Source of the DNA: Azolla caroliniana
Lineage: Eukaryota > Plantae > Polypodiophyta
Assembly: GCA_043228905.1 (NCBI GenBank)
Contig: JBHGNT010000010.1
Span: 7,254,001-7,318,000, forward strand
Length of the DNA stretch: 64,000 nt
Reading direction: 5' to 3'
The notes beneath the pieces are model-generated. The model did not search any database. It was not told where the DNA came from and saw only the letters and a program-made list of their open reading frames with translations. Both the position numbers and the translations under genes were made by a program. Within the stretch, counting starts at the first letter, position 1, and every line of letters begins with the position of its first letter. Below, one piece after another: positions 11,446-23,400 of this stretch.

Positions 11446-13420
11446 GGTAACCCCACATCTTGACCGGAGACTTCGGCAGTTCGGCCGGTGCGGCAACGTG
11501 AGACCGAAAGAGATGGTAGATGGAGGTGGGAGCTCAGCAAGAGGGCGACGATGAGTTCAAGAGAAGTACAAAGGGACGAAGCGGAGAATGAAGACCGGTC
11601 CTATGGGTCACCTCACACCGGGCTAGAAACTCCGGCGGTCGGCATCATATCCGACGTAAGACCAAGATACTGACGGTGGTGGCAGGAGAATGGGACTCGG
11701 AAATCTAGAGAATGACGGATGGACCCAGACGAGAACAGGGCGGAGCAGACTTCCGGATAACCTGTCCAGGAGGGAGGAGAGAGCAAGCCTACGGAGAGGC
11801 CGGGAACATGGTATGTCGGTACCACAGGAGAGGGTGTGGAGCAAGCCACCCTCTCGACTTGCGGAGAAGGATGACCCGGGATAAGGGTCCGATATACAGC
11901 GAGCCCAAGGAGGATCCTTCACACCAGATCTAGACACTCCGGCGGTCGGCCCGAGAGCCGACGTGAGACCTAGAGTGACGAACGGTGGCGGCGAGGGGAC
12001 GAAGGCAAAGGACTGCGGATGGGCGGTCTACGAAGATCCACACACCAATCTAACGTTCGGCCCGAGAGCCGGAGTGAGTCCTACAAGAGAGAACAGTGGC
12101 GGCAGGTGAACGTGACCAGCGGAAGAGGCCGGCGCGGAGGTCTGGACTACGGCGAGAGGAAAATTACAAGCGGTGCTGCCACGACCTTACAAACACCAGT
12201 TCTAGACACTCCGGCAGCCGGTAACGAGAGTCAGCATGAGACCTAGAGGGAGAACGGTGGCGGCGGCAAGGCGGGCAACCGAGACGGCAAAAGGGGAGGT
12301 CCCATGGAGACACTCACACAGATCCGGAGACTCTGGCAGCCGGCGATGAGAGTCGGCGTGAGACCTAGAGAGAAGGACGGTGGCGGCAGGAGAACGTGAT
12401 CTGACGACAGAAAGCAGAGCGAAAGGAGATATGAGGCCGGCGAGGCGGCCACAAACCAAAACCGGACCTTCCGGCAAGGTCGATGGAAGGAGGAAGAAGA
12501 AGAAAAGGAAAACCGGTCCTATGGGATCCTCACACCGATCCGAAGACCCTGGTAGCTCGAGCCAACATGGCAGCGTGAGACCAAGTGAGAAGGACGGTGA
12601 CGGCAGGAAACGGGACCCGGCAACGCAGAAGAGCGGACCGGGAGCCGGCAAGGGAAGAATGGACAATGAGGCGAACCCTTACCAATCGGTTACGGTTTCG
12701 GAAGAAGCCGGTAAGGGCAAGCAAGGAGCGGTGTGTCAAGCCAGAAAGGCACACCCGGGAGAGGAATAAGACACATGCAAGTGGCCATCAAGGGCCAAAG
12801 CAAAGCACGAGTACGGGACGGTGTTCGACACAGGCGGTGCTGAACAAGGATGACGGAAGACGGCACACAACGGTGTCGGGAACGAGAGCACGGGCGCACA
12901 ACGGACTGCACGGTTTGGAGGCCGAAAACGATACAACGGGCCGAAGGAGGATCCTCCACACCCGCTTCGGAGATCTCGGCAGCTCAGTCGGAGTGGCAAC
13001 GACTGGCATGGAAATCCAAGCCCGAGGAAACAAGTTGGTGGGGGCGAGGGGACAACGACAAGCAGAAGGCACCGAACTGGTGGCAGCAGTGCAAGACGGA
13101 AGCGGCCAAACGGGCTACAATGGGGTGTTCCTCGTACGTGGAGGACACCGGTATGCGGAGAAGCGGCGATGCACGATCTGGCCAAGCGAGGGCCGAGGAC
13201 GCGTGCATAGGACGAAACCGGGGTTCGGCACGGGCGGAGCCGAACACAAGAAGGGGATGCACAACACACGGAGGTGCCAGAGCGGGAATACAGGCGCAAA
13301 GAGGGGTTGCCGGTCCAAGGTGATCTCACGTAGAAGGCCAGAGAGGGATCCTCCACACTAGTTCTGGAGACCTTGGCAGTTCGGCCGCCATGGCAACGTG
13401 AGACCAGCGCGGCGAGGGGA
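11446..13420 (+). repeat. About nine degenerate ~80-bp units separated by variable spacers
   Basis: Recurring ggatcctcacacc..ctagacactccggc.g.cggc...cgtgagacc..gacggtggcggc near 11446, 11605, 11912, 12035, 12186, 12309, 12524, 12949, 13346. Confidence 0.7.
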
Positions 13421-15020
13421 CGAAGGCGGTGGAGATCAGCGCAGAGTGAGAATCGAGACGACATGAAGGTCGACAGAGGCCAAGCGGGCCATCGCGGGTG
13501 GTCCTCAGATGGAGGACACCGCATATCCGAAGGAACGAGAAGCGTGCATGCGGTCAAAAGAAGGGCCAATGGGGAAGCACGCGCACTACGGGATCGCGGC
13601 TAATGACCTATCGATGGGTCGATCAAGCCTGCGGAGAGGCAAACGCCGAGAAGGAACCGGAGCCGACGGTTCGGACCGGCAGGGCTAAACACGGCAGCTG
13701 GAATGCAGATTATGGAAGACCAGTTACTCACCGGCCGGAATCTCTCACCCTTCTCCGAACTTGGCATGTACCAGTGGATTTGCGGTTTGGTGGGGGCAGA
13801 TGTTGTGAAGATTCCGGGCCATAGTGAAAAACCGGGGAATATCTTAGGAATATCTGAGGAAATGGGGCACCTTTATGACGCCGAGCGGCAATAAAGTCGG
13901 GACGGACGATCCCATGTATCACAGGATTTATCCCACATAGTCACGCAACCCTCACCTTGTCCTATAAAAGGGAGGGTGTGCTTCTTGTACACCCGTTGGG
14001 TCCTAAACAGTTTTGTTCCTCGTTTTGAGTTTCCATTTAGTGTTAATAAACTTCTACGTATAACGTCTATTTTTGTCTTCTCTTCATCTTGGTGTGTGGG
14101 TGTGTTGTCTCTATTTTCTGTTAGGGTTTCGGTGTCTTCTGTGTGCGTACGTAGGTGGTGTGTTCGGTTGTGGCAGGCGGCATGCGGACTGTCTGTGCTT
14201 TCCTGTGTTCCTACTGGTTGGTTCTTAGTACTCCATGGTCCGGCCTGTCTGTGTGTGTAGGTGTTGGCTTCTGTCACCTATGAAGAGCCCGCACGGTAGG
14301 TGGTTCATTGGCAAGTTTCCCTCCTCGGCGGACAAGACCCAACTCGGTCCAGCAAGCCCATGCGCTCCCTGAAGGCGGCTTAGCACAGGAGGCAGTAGTT
14401 CTGGAAGAGGCGTGCCCTGCACGAGGGTCTCGTCGCGCGACGAGCCTAGGAGCTCCTCGATCGGCCCTAGGATGCAAGCTGCCTCTTCCTCTCCATGTGG
14501 AACTGGCGTCGCAGCAAGCGTTGCGTGTGTAGGTGTGTGTGTGTCTCCGGTTAGCATGGGGTCCGAGAGCGGGTGCGTGTGTGGTCACCGGTGTAGAGGT
14601 GCCAACTGTAACCGGGTGTGTATATGTGTGTGCGTGTGTGCGGGCGCTGTTAACCGAGCCGTGTACATACCAGCAAAAGGGGAGGCAAGGACGAGGGCGC
14701 GCCCTCTCACTTCCTATGTGGTTACCGGTCACGTCCGGAGAATATCTGGGATCGAACCGGCCGGCAACGCAGCAAAGCTCGGAGGATTCGAGTCCCCGGC
14801 AACTCCTCCCCTCCTGGTCCATGACCCTGGTGGTCCCGCCTGGATCCGACATGCAAGCATGGATAGCCGCAACAGCGCGAAACTGGACGAATCGCAAGAA
14901 GCGAACTAGACCAAACAAGGTGTGTGAACTAGATGAGCGAGCGAGAGGAGTCAGAGAGGAGAACTAGCTACTGCAGACACTAACACCACGATCCGACCTC
15001 AAGTTGAGCTTAATGGGAAG

Positions 15021-15525
15021 TGTTGAGCAAGCAAGCTCAACCGGATCCGTATCGGCTGAATAAGCCAGAGTTGTATCGGTATCTGGAATGGAGAACCAGA
15101 TCGGTGTCCGGATGATATCCAGAACCAGGAGCCAGATCGGATTGAAACCGATAGACCGTTAGAGGCCTACGGATCCAGCCTAGTACGTAGGCATATTTTA
15201 GGGAGTCAGTGATAGTCTCTCATGTGAGCATTGAAGTACCTATCAGTACTTATGTCAGTCCTTTATGGACTTGTATAAAAGTGCTCTTTGAGCACATTCT
15301 ATGGACACAGAATATTGAGAGTGTTATTTTTCTAATAGAGTTTACATTCTGCTCTCTCTCTGTCTCTCCCGCGCATATTCTTTGTGTTAAGCTTCAATTG
15401 AACCTTTCTCTCTACTGTGGCTATCCGGTAGAACCAGTTTGTAATACACTTCCCCATGTTCACATTTACACTTCTCATGTAATTAGATACTAATTAACCC
15501 TTAGTTAATTACCTTATTATCAACA
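15021..15525 (+). repeat. Copia LTR flanked by a PPT upstream and a Met-PBS downstream
   Basis: TG...CA ends; PBS TGGTATCAAAGC at 15526-15537. Confidence 0.8.
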
Positions 15526-15564
15526 TGGTATCAAAGCGTGTGGTTTAGCATATCCACTAAGCCT

Positions 15565-16123
15565 TGTTGGGAAACATGTCCCTCCGGATGGGAAGAAAAG
15601 TACCGTTTTGGTGAGTATCTCGGCCGAGGCAAAAACCGAAATCGAATCGAAATCGTTTCGGAAGACTATAATTGTAAATAGTCAAAAATGCCTCCTGGGG
15701 AGCTATACTTGTAAATAGCCAGAAAGTTGCTTTGGTTTATAAGCAACTAGGGCAAACCTTATAGTTAGAGATAGAGAGGTGTTATTGATCATTATTGAAA
15801 AGTTAGAATGAGGTAGTTGCCTCTGTAACCATGAGTGAGAGAGTGAGAGTGTAACTCTGTAGCTGTCTGTCAGACGAAGGAGAACTCGAGGTCGCTGCCT
15901 CCCAGTTCCGTATTTGTACTTCCTCTCTACTATAGTGATTTGTTTTCTCTGGGTTTGTGGACATCCCGTGGTTTTTCCTATTTCGGGTTTTTCCACGTAA
16001 AATATCGATGTCTCTGTGTCTTTACGTTTTACTTGTCTTTGTACTAGATCTTGGTATCTGCACACGAATACGAACGTGAAACCGGTTGTGGCCGGCCGAT
16101 TCCTAACAAAGTGGTATCATAGC
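15565..16123 (+). mobile_element. Orphan copia 5' LTR plus PBS (internal region deleted)
   Basis: TGTTGGGAAA...CCTAACA (15565-16108); TGGTATCATAGC at 16112-16123; shares the GTGGTTTTTCC...TTCCACGTAAA motif with other copia LTRs in the window. Confidence 0.8.
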
Positions 16124-16845
16124 AACGAAAGACTCGTGTCAAATCTGCAAAGTCCTTTACCATCTTTTCAATTTGCATGTACTTATACGGCACATCATCA
16201 TACGTGGATCCCATGATCCAGAATACATATGGTAGTGTCAGCTATAAGCAATGTATAGTGCCTCTTAGGTAATATGTTAAGCATATTACCTACTTTCCCA
16301 TTAAATACACTATAATGCAACTATCGAAAAGGGTTGTCTCTATGCAGAAAACTTTTGTCAGTCTCTTAATCTTCGAGTACCTCCAACTCCTTTCCTTTCA
16401 CCATTCTCTTTTTATATTTTGCACGTTCCAAGTGCTTGGAATGCCTTCATTACTGTCTCCTGCCTTTTTGGAGCGAGGCGGTTTCTGCAATGATCGATTT
16501 GATTAGGAAATACCACAATGAAGAAATCAATTAAAAGTATAAAGACACATACCCATTCTCTAAATACAATAAATAATTCCTTCAATTCATTATATGATGA
16601 TGTCACATGGCACGCCTACTCTACTTCCTCCCAGGTTGGAAGGGACAATTTCTTCATCATTAATTCTTGGATCTTCATATGTACTTTATGGCTCAAAATC
16701 AAAGAAACCATTGGTCAATCATCATAACAAAACAACAAGCCAATCAAAGAAGAACCAATAATTAATACGTACTTCTTAAACTTAGTGACCATCTCTTCTA
16801 AACTGAATTCCTTAGCAGCCACTCGCAAAAGTACATATATAAGTA
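16124..16845 (-). pseudogene. 3' part of ParB-methyltransferase gene: linker plus N-terminus of a beta-class DNA amino-methyltransferase-like domain
   Basis: Continues the ORF 34620-35039 across the 17-bp TSD (LLIYVL|LRVAAKEFSLEEMVTKFK). GT-AG introns at 16692-16772 and 16485-16552 keep the frame. It then reads VFNGKVGNMLNILPKRHYTLLIAD-(1-nt frameshift)-PYVFWIMGSTYDDVPYKYMQIEKMVKDFADLT. Confidence 0.65.
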
Positions 16846-18789
16846 TGAGCAATTGATGGATAAGGATCAAGGATCCATTTCTTTCCGGTTTTAGCAACCA
16901 CTCTAACTGGTGCACTTCGTAAGTCTTGTAGATAATTGCAATCAAAGGTCTAAGATTGCAATCTATTGTTGTCTAGGTGAAACACCCTTAACAACCATCA
17001 ATCTATCATTTGCGAAGCATCCAAACCATAGATGTTCCTGCCTCGGTTGGAAGGTTGTTAAAAATGAAGAATATGTTACTGATAAGGTAGCCATCATTAT
17101 CTTGGCACCATGAACTGATTGTAGATGTACAAGTCGATCTTCTTGTGACATTTGTTGAAACTGAGTCCATGTTCTTACAGATGCAGCTGGCCCATTATCC
17201 AATTTACCCCAAGCAAGGTGAGGACGCAAGCCCAAGACTTTTCCTGCATTATCCCGAAATAGAGAATTGGCAAGCATAGGTTGATTAAGTAATGCATCCA
17301 AGGTAGAAGGTTTGTCCTTTAGCAAAAATGATTTAATTGCATCCCACGCTCTTATGATTTCTAGCAAAAATCTACTGGATGCAAGATTTCTCCTTGGTGT
17401 TTTCATGTCATTCAAGAACAACCACTTTAAAGAGGGTGACCATACTCCTCCTGTCTTAGGAGTTAATTGCATTAACTGATTTAAAAGCATTCCTTTCCAA
17501 GCTTCTAATCTTGGCAACAAGCCTCTGATAACAAACTTAGTCAAGAGAGCTCTTGACTGCATCAAAGGATCTATCAAACCCAACCCTCCATTAATTTTAG
17601 GTTGAATCAACACATTCCACGCAACTTTGGCTACTGTAGGAGAGCCATGTTTTCATCCCCAAAGGAAATTCCGGATCAAGCTTTGCACTTTTGTCATTGC
17701 TGATCTAGAAAATAGCCACACAGATGCTATAAACCACATTGATGCCAATAGTATTGTATTTGCTACTACAACGCGACCCCCAAAAGACAATTGTTGGGCA
17801 TCCCAATACAATAATTTACGTTTTATTGATAATAGAAACGGAGATAGCATTACTTCTGGCCTTAAATCTATTCCAACCATACATCCTAAATATCGAACTG
17901 GCTCACCACGATGAAGCCATCGGAAAGCATGACCTGGATACCACTCAGGATGATTTTCTGCACCAACCCAAAGGCCAACTGACTTATTCTAGTTAAGTGA
18001 TGCACCTGTAGCATCTTAGAAAACTTGCAAAGCATTTTGTACCCGACCGAGATTACTGATCTCCCCGTCAACATAGAGGGTTGTACCATCTGCAAATTCA
18101 ACATCCAGTACAGTGGATTGTGTAATAGATAATACTAATCCTTTGATACCAGTAGTTGATGATCTTAGGTAGGAGGACAAAGCTTCCCCAAACAAGATAA
18201 AAAGAAATGGGGCAAGAGGGCATCCTTGCCTAATAGACCTGGATATAGAAAATAGTGTCCCGTATTCTCCAGTAAACAAAACAGAACTAGAAGCATGCCT
18301 GTAAAGGGATGAAACACCTTTTATCCATGCGGCTGGAAAACCTAATCTTGATAGCACTGCCTCAAGAAAGTCCCAATCCACTTTATCATATGCCTTTTCA
18401 AAGTCAAGCACCAATACTGCAAGTTGTTGTTTCTGTTGCTGAGCTAATGCAACCATTTCCCAGAACAAAAAGATATTATCAAAAATACTTCAATCTTGTA
18501 GGAAGCCACATTGTGTATCATGAATAATAGACGGCAATACAGGTCGTAGTCCCCGGGGGCTTCACTGTCAAAACTTGTATGATAGCACGTGAGTTCATCA
18601 AAAGGGGTTTAATTTAATCAGTGAGATACATCATATATATATATAAGGGTATTAATAAAGATTTGGAAATATATTTACATAAGGGTATTATCAATTATGC
18701 TAGAAAAAAAATTTACATAAGCCCATGAAATATTAGATATTTCAATGAGATAGTAAAGAATATACAAACAATACTCAAATTTGGAGTAG

Positions 18790-20490
18790 CATACATACAT
18801 ACATATACCTACATTGAAAGATTACATCCATGAATATGTATATACATACATTACACCCATTTATACATGCATACTGACTGAACATAAATATATGTCGAAA
18901 TATGTATTACCATGTGTAAATATGTACATACACATACATACATGTATTACATACTACATACATATTAGAATCGGCCATATATATTGACATAGGAGTATAC
19001 ATAATACATACATAAAAATTACATATTACATATATACATACACATTCTCACAAACATATTTTATATATTACATATTACACACATATATTATTATATACAA
19101 ATGAAAATATACAAACCAAACACAAAAAATATGTATTACCATGTGCAAATATGTATTACCATGTGTAAATATGTACATACACATACATACATGTATTACA
19201 TACTACATACATATTAGAATCGGCCATATATATTGACATAGGAGTATACATAATACATACATAAAAATTACATATTACATATATACATACACATTCTCAC
19301 AAACATATTTTATATATTACATATTACACACATATATTATTATATACAAATGAAAATATACAAACCAAACACAAAAAAATAAAGTACATATTATATATAC
19401 ACATACATACACATATACACACATTCCATACATACAATACAATACAATATATACATACATACATACACACACACACGAACATACCACACATCACACATGC
19501 ATACCACATACATGCATATATACCTACATTCATATATTGCACATCACACATGCGTATATACCTGTACATTCAAACATTACATCCATGAATATGTATATAC
19601 ATACATTACACCCATTTATACATGCATAATGACTAAACATAAATATATGTACAAATATATATTACCATATGTAAATATGACATACACGTACATACATACA
19701 TTACATACTACATACATATTAGAATCAAGTTTCAACCATATATATTGACATACATATATACATGTAACATAATACATACAATAAAATTACATATGACATA
19801 CATACATACACAAATGCATATATACATACAAAACACAGAAAAATAAATTACATATTATATATATACACATACACATACATATTATTACCTAAGGCTACAT
19901 ATTATATGTATATAAATCTTCATACTTACAAACAAGTTACATATATTACATATATATAAACGTGCACACACACATAAATAAATTAGATATTACATAGCAT
20001 ATAATCGATACCTATTACACAATATACAAATTTACACATACATAAATTACATATATACATATATAGATATATTACATATGTAAATACATATTCCACATAT
20101 CACCGTATATATAGATTATACTGGACCATACAAACCACAATACTTACATACACACACACATTAGGTATATGTATACTTACACATACATTGGATATATACA
20201 TGCATATTACATACATATTACAAACATACATCCATATACTAACCATATACATACTAAACATGAAAATATCCCAAAAATATTCATACATTTACATACATAT
20301 GACCACATACACACATACATATACATACACATACATACATTGGATATATACATACATATTATGCACATATTACAAACACATTCATACTCATTGAATCATG
20401 TATATTGACAAATACATATATGCATACACATACATACATACATATTCCACATATCACCATATATATACATACATATGCCTACAATGTTAT
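18790..20490. repeat. (ACAT/AT)n low-complexity tract with ~250-bp tandem duplication
   Basis: 18901-19143 is repeated at ~19152-19380. Confidence 0.85.
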
Positions 20491-20496
20491 AAGTCT

Positions 20497-23400
20497 TGAT
20501 GGAAATAATCGTCACTTTCCAAACTTCACCTCTCGGCCACAACCAAGGAAACACACGAATCGTTGTTGCAGAAAATGGGAAATGCGAAAAATAGAGTGGA
20601 CACACGATTTAACGTGGAAAACCCTGTACGGGAAAAACCACGGGAGTACAAGACTCCGAACCAAAACTATGCACAGAGAAGTATACAATGGCGAGCTGCA
20701 AGGCGACGACCTTGAGCTCGCTGTCCTCGCCACAGGCGGCGGAAATACACAGAGGCGTCGACCTCTTCCTCTCTCACGCTCTATCTCTCTCACGGCTGCT
20801 CTCTCTCTCTCACGCTCTATCTCTCTCACGGTTGCTCTCTCTTCACTCCTCTCGAGTGGAAAAACAGAAAAATGAGTAGCAACAACTAAACTGTTTGCCC
20901 TAAGTCATATTTATACACATATGACTTTCGGGCTATTTACAAATATAGCCTAGAGGGCCCTTGGCAAACATATTCACAAATATGTCCCCGCATCCGGATC
21001 TCTCTCCGGGTACATTCGTCATCCGGCTCCGTAGCCGGGGTCTTCATCATCCGGCTCCGTAACCGGGTACTCTTCATCCGGCTTCATGCCGGGTACTCCT
21101 CATCCTCTGGTTCCGTAACCGTAACCGGGCTTGCCGTCATTCATCTCCGGACATCCCATCCGGAGGGACCGAAATCCCAACAAACTCCCCCTTCACTTCG
21201 GCATGGGATGTCTCTCCAATCCGATCCTCTTCCGGCATGCTTCCAGCTTGTCGGGTGTGAGCACCTTGGTCAGCATATCCGACCCGTTCTCGTCCGTGTG
21301 GATCTTCGTCAGTACGAACTCCTTGTCTTCTATCCTTTCCCGGATCCAGTGATATCTTCGCTGGATGTGCTTCGTCCGGGAGTGATAGGCCGCGTTCTTC
21401 GCAAGGTGGATTGCACTCTGACTGTCGCAGTAGAGTCAGTACTCCTCCTGTCGGATACCGAGCTCTCTAATGAAGTCCTTCATCCATATTATTTCCTTGC
21501 CGGCTTCAACAGCCGCCATGTACTCCGCCTCCGTGGTTGATAACGCAACCGTCTTCTGCAGCCTCGACTGCCATGAAACAGCTCCCCCTGCATACGTCAT
21601 CACATACCCTAATGTGGACCGGCTGGTATCTGCATCAGCCGACATATCCGAATCGGTAAAGCCGTCGAGTTCGGGCTTACCGGAGCCGAATCGGAGGCAC
21701 ACGTTTGTCGTGCCCTTCAGGTATCGGAGTATCCACTTGACCGCGTTCCAATGCTGTTTGCCGGGATTGCTCATGTACCGGCTCACCACTCCGACTGCAT
21801 ATCCTATGTCCGGTCTCGTACACACCATGGCGTACATCAAGCTCCCGACGGCTGAGGCATACGGCACTTTCATCATATCCTCCTTTTCAGCCTTTGTCTT
21901 GGGACTTTGCTTGTTGGACAGCTTGCAGTTTGCCGGGAGGGTCGATCCGACCGGCCTTGCTTCCGACATGTTGAACCGTTTAAGCACCTTTGTCATGTAC
22001 TTCTCCTGTGACAGCCACAACTGCTTCTTGCTCCGGTCCCGGATGATGTGCATCCCTAGTATTTGTCTCGCCGGACCCAAGTCCTTCATTGAGAAGGTTC
22101 GGTGAAGAGCCTTCTTCAGCATCCGTATCTTGACCTGGTCCCGTCCGACAATCAACATGTCGTCCACGTACAGGAGGAGTATTAGAAAGTCTCCTCCTTC
22201 GAACTTCTTCACAAACACGCAGTGGTCGGACTGCGTTTTGAGGTACCCTTCGTCGGTCATGAAGGAGTCGAACTTCCGGTACCATTGTCGGGGAGCCTGC
22301 TTCAGTCCGTAAAGGCTCTTCTTCAACCGGCATACCAGGTGCTCCTTCCCTTTCTTCTCGAATCCTTCCGGTTGCTGCATGTAGATCTCTTCTTCGAGGT
22401 CGTCGTGAAGGAATGCCGTCTTCACGTCCATCTGTTCTACCTCGAGGTCCATGCTTGCCGCTATGCTCAGCACCGTCCGGATGGAGGTCATCTTCACTAC
22501 CGGGGCAAATATTTCGTCGAAGTCGACGCCCTTCTTCTGCTGAAACCCCTTCACCACGATCCTGGCTTTGTATCTCGGGGGGTTTCCGGCATCTCTCGGT
22601 TTCAGCTTGAACACCCACTTGTTTCGAAGTGCCCGCTTTCCTTTCGGCAACTCCACAAGTTCATATGTGTGGTTCTCATGCAGGGAATCCATCTCGTCCT
22701 GCATGGCACTCAACCACCTGCGGCTCTGGGTGTCGTGCTTTGCTTCTTCAAAGCTCTCCGGCTCCCCCTCGTCGGTTAGCAGCACGTGCTCTGGTTCCGG
22801 AAATCTCCGGGGGGCCCTTCTCTCTCTTAGAGGATATCTCCGTTCCGGAGCTTCGGTAACCTGTTCTTCCGATTCTTCTTCTTCATCCGAATCCATTTCG
22901 GGATCGGGGCCGGTTCCGGTATCATTTTCATCTTCTTCGGCCGGTTCTGTTTCTTCACCGTCTTCGGCCGGATCCTCGAGTGCTAACCGGTCCCTTGCCG
23001 GTCGGGACTGCTCCTCGTAGAGTTGATCCTCACCGGTCGACTTGGAGCTCTTCATCTTCTTCTCCGACTCCCAGTCGGCGAGTGTCTTGTCCTCCATGAA
23101 GATGATGTCTCGACTCCGGAATGTCTTCTTGTCGACCGGGTCCCATACTCGGTAGCCGAACTCGTCGTCGCCGTAACCGAGGAATATGCATGGCCGGGTC
23201 TTTGGATCTAGCTTTCCTCTCCGGTCCTTTGCCACATGCACGTATGCGAGACACCCGAACACCTTCAGATGCCGGTAAGATACTTCCCTACCGGTCCACA
23301 CTCTCTGCGGCGTGTCTCCGTCCAAAGGTACTGAGGGTGATCGGTTTATCACATATGTCGCCGTCGACATTGCCTCAGCCCAAAACCCCTTGGGTAATTT

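Larger units (their letters stand above)
9714..14874 (+). mobile_element. Non-autonomous (LARD-like) LTR retroelement primed by tRNA-Trp
   Basis: LTRs 9714-10866 (TGTCG...TGACA) and 13801-14874 (TGTTG...CAACA); PBS at 10871-10888; PPT-like TGGTGGGGGCAGA before 13801; 4-bp TSD GCGT/GCGC (one mismatch). No gag/pol motifs recognised in the 2.9-kb interior. Confidence 0.88.
1..15525 (+). mobile_element. Outer Ty1/copia element A (5' part outside window): RT/RNase H end, 3' spacer and 3' LTR, interrupted by copia B and a non-autonomous LTR element
   Basis: RNase H motifs ALSSTEAEY and IQLAKNPVFHARAKHIEVHYHFV...QVADIFTKPL (1-780). The sequence continues across the GAACG TSD (784-788/9295-9299). 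A purine tract at 15006-15020 precedes an LTR TGTTGAG...TCAACA at 15021-15525; assigning that LTR to this element is inference. Confidence 0.75.

Noticed and set aside
11446-13420. CRISPR-like array
   Set aside because: Units are long and highly diverged, spacers are irregular, there are no cas genes, and the context is a eukaryotic LTR element
9903-14967. Many overlapping ORFs in the GC-rich LTR element
   Set aside because: No recognisable domains, open in several frames because of GC content, and partly inside LTRs
21436-21438. Programmed stop-codon read-through in copia pol
   Set aside because: The sister copy has Arg at this position and the stop lies within RNase H; a CpG mutation is the simpler explanation
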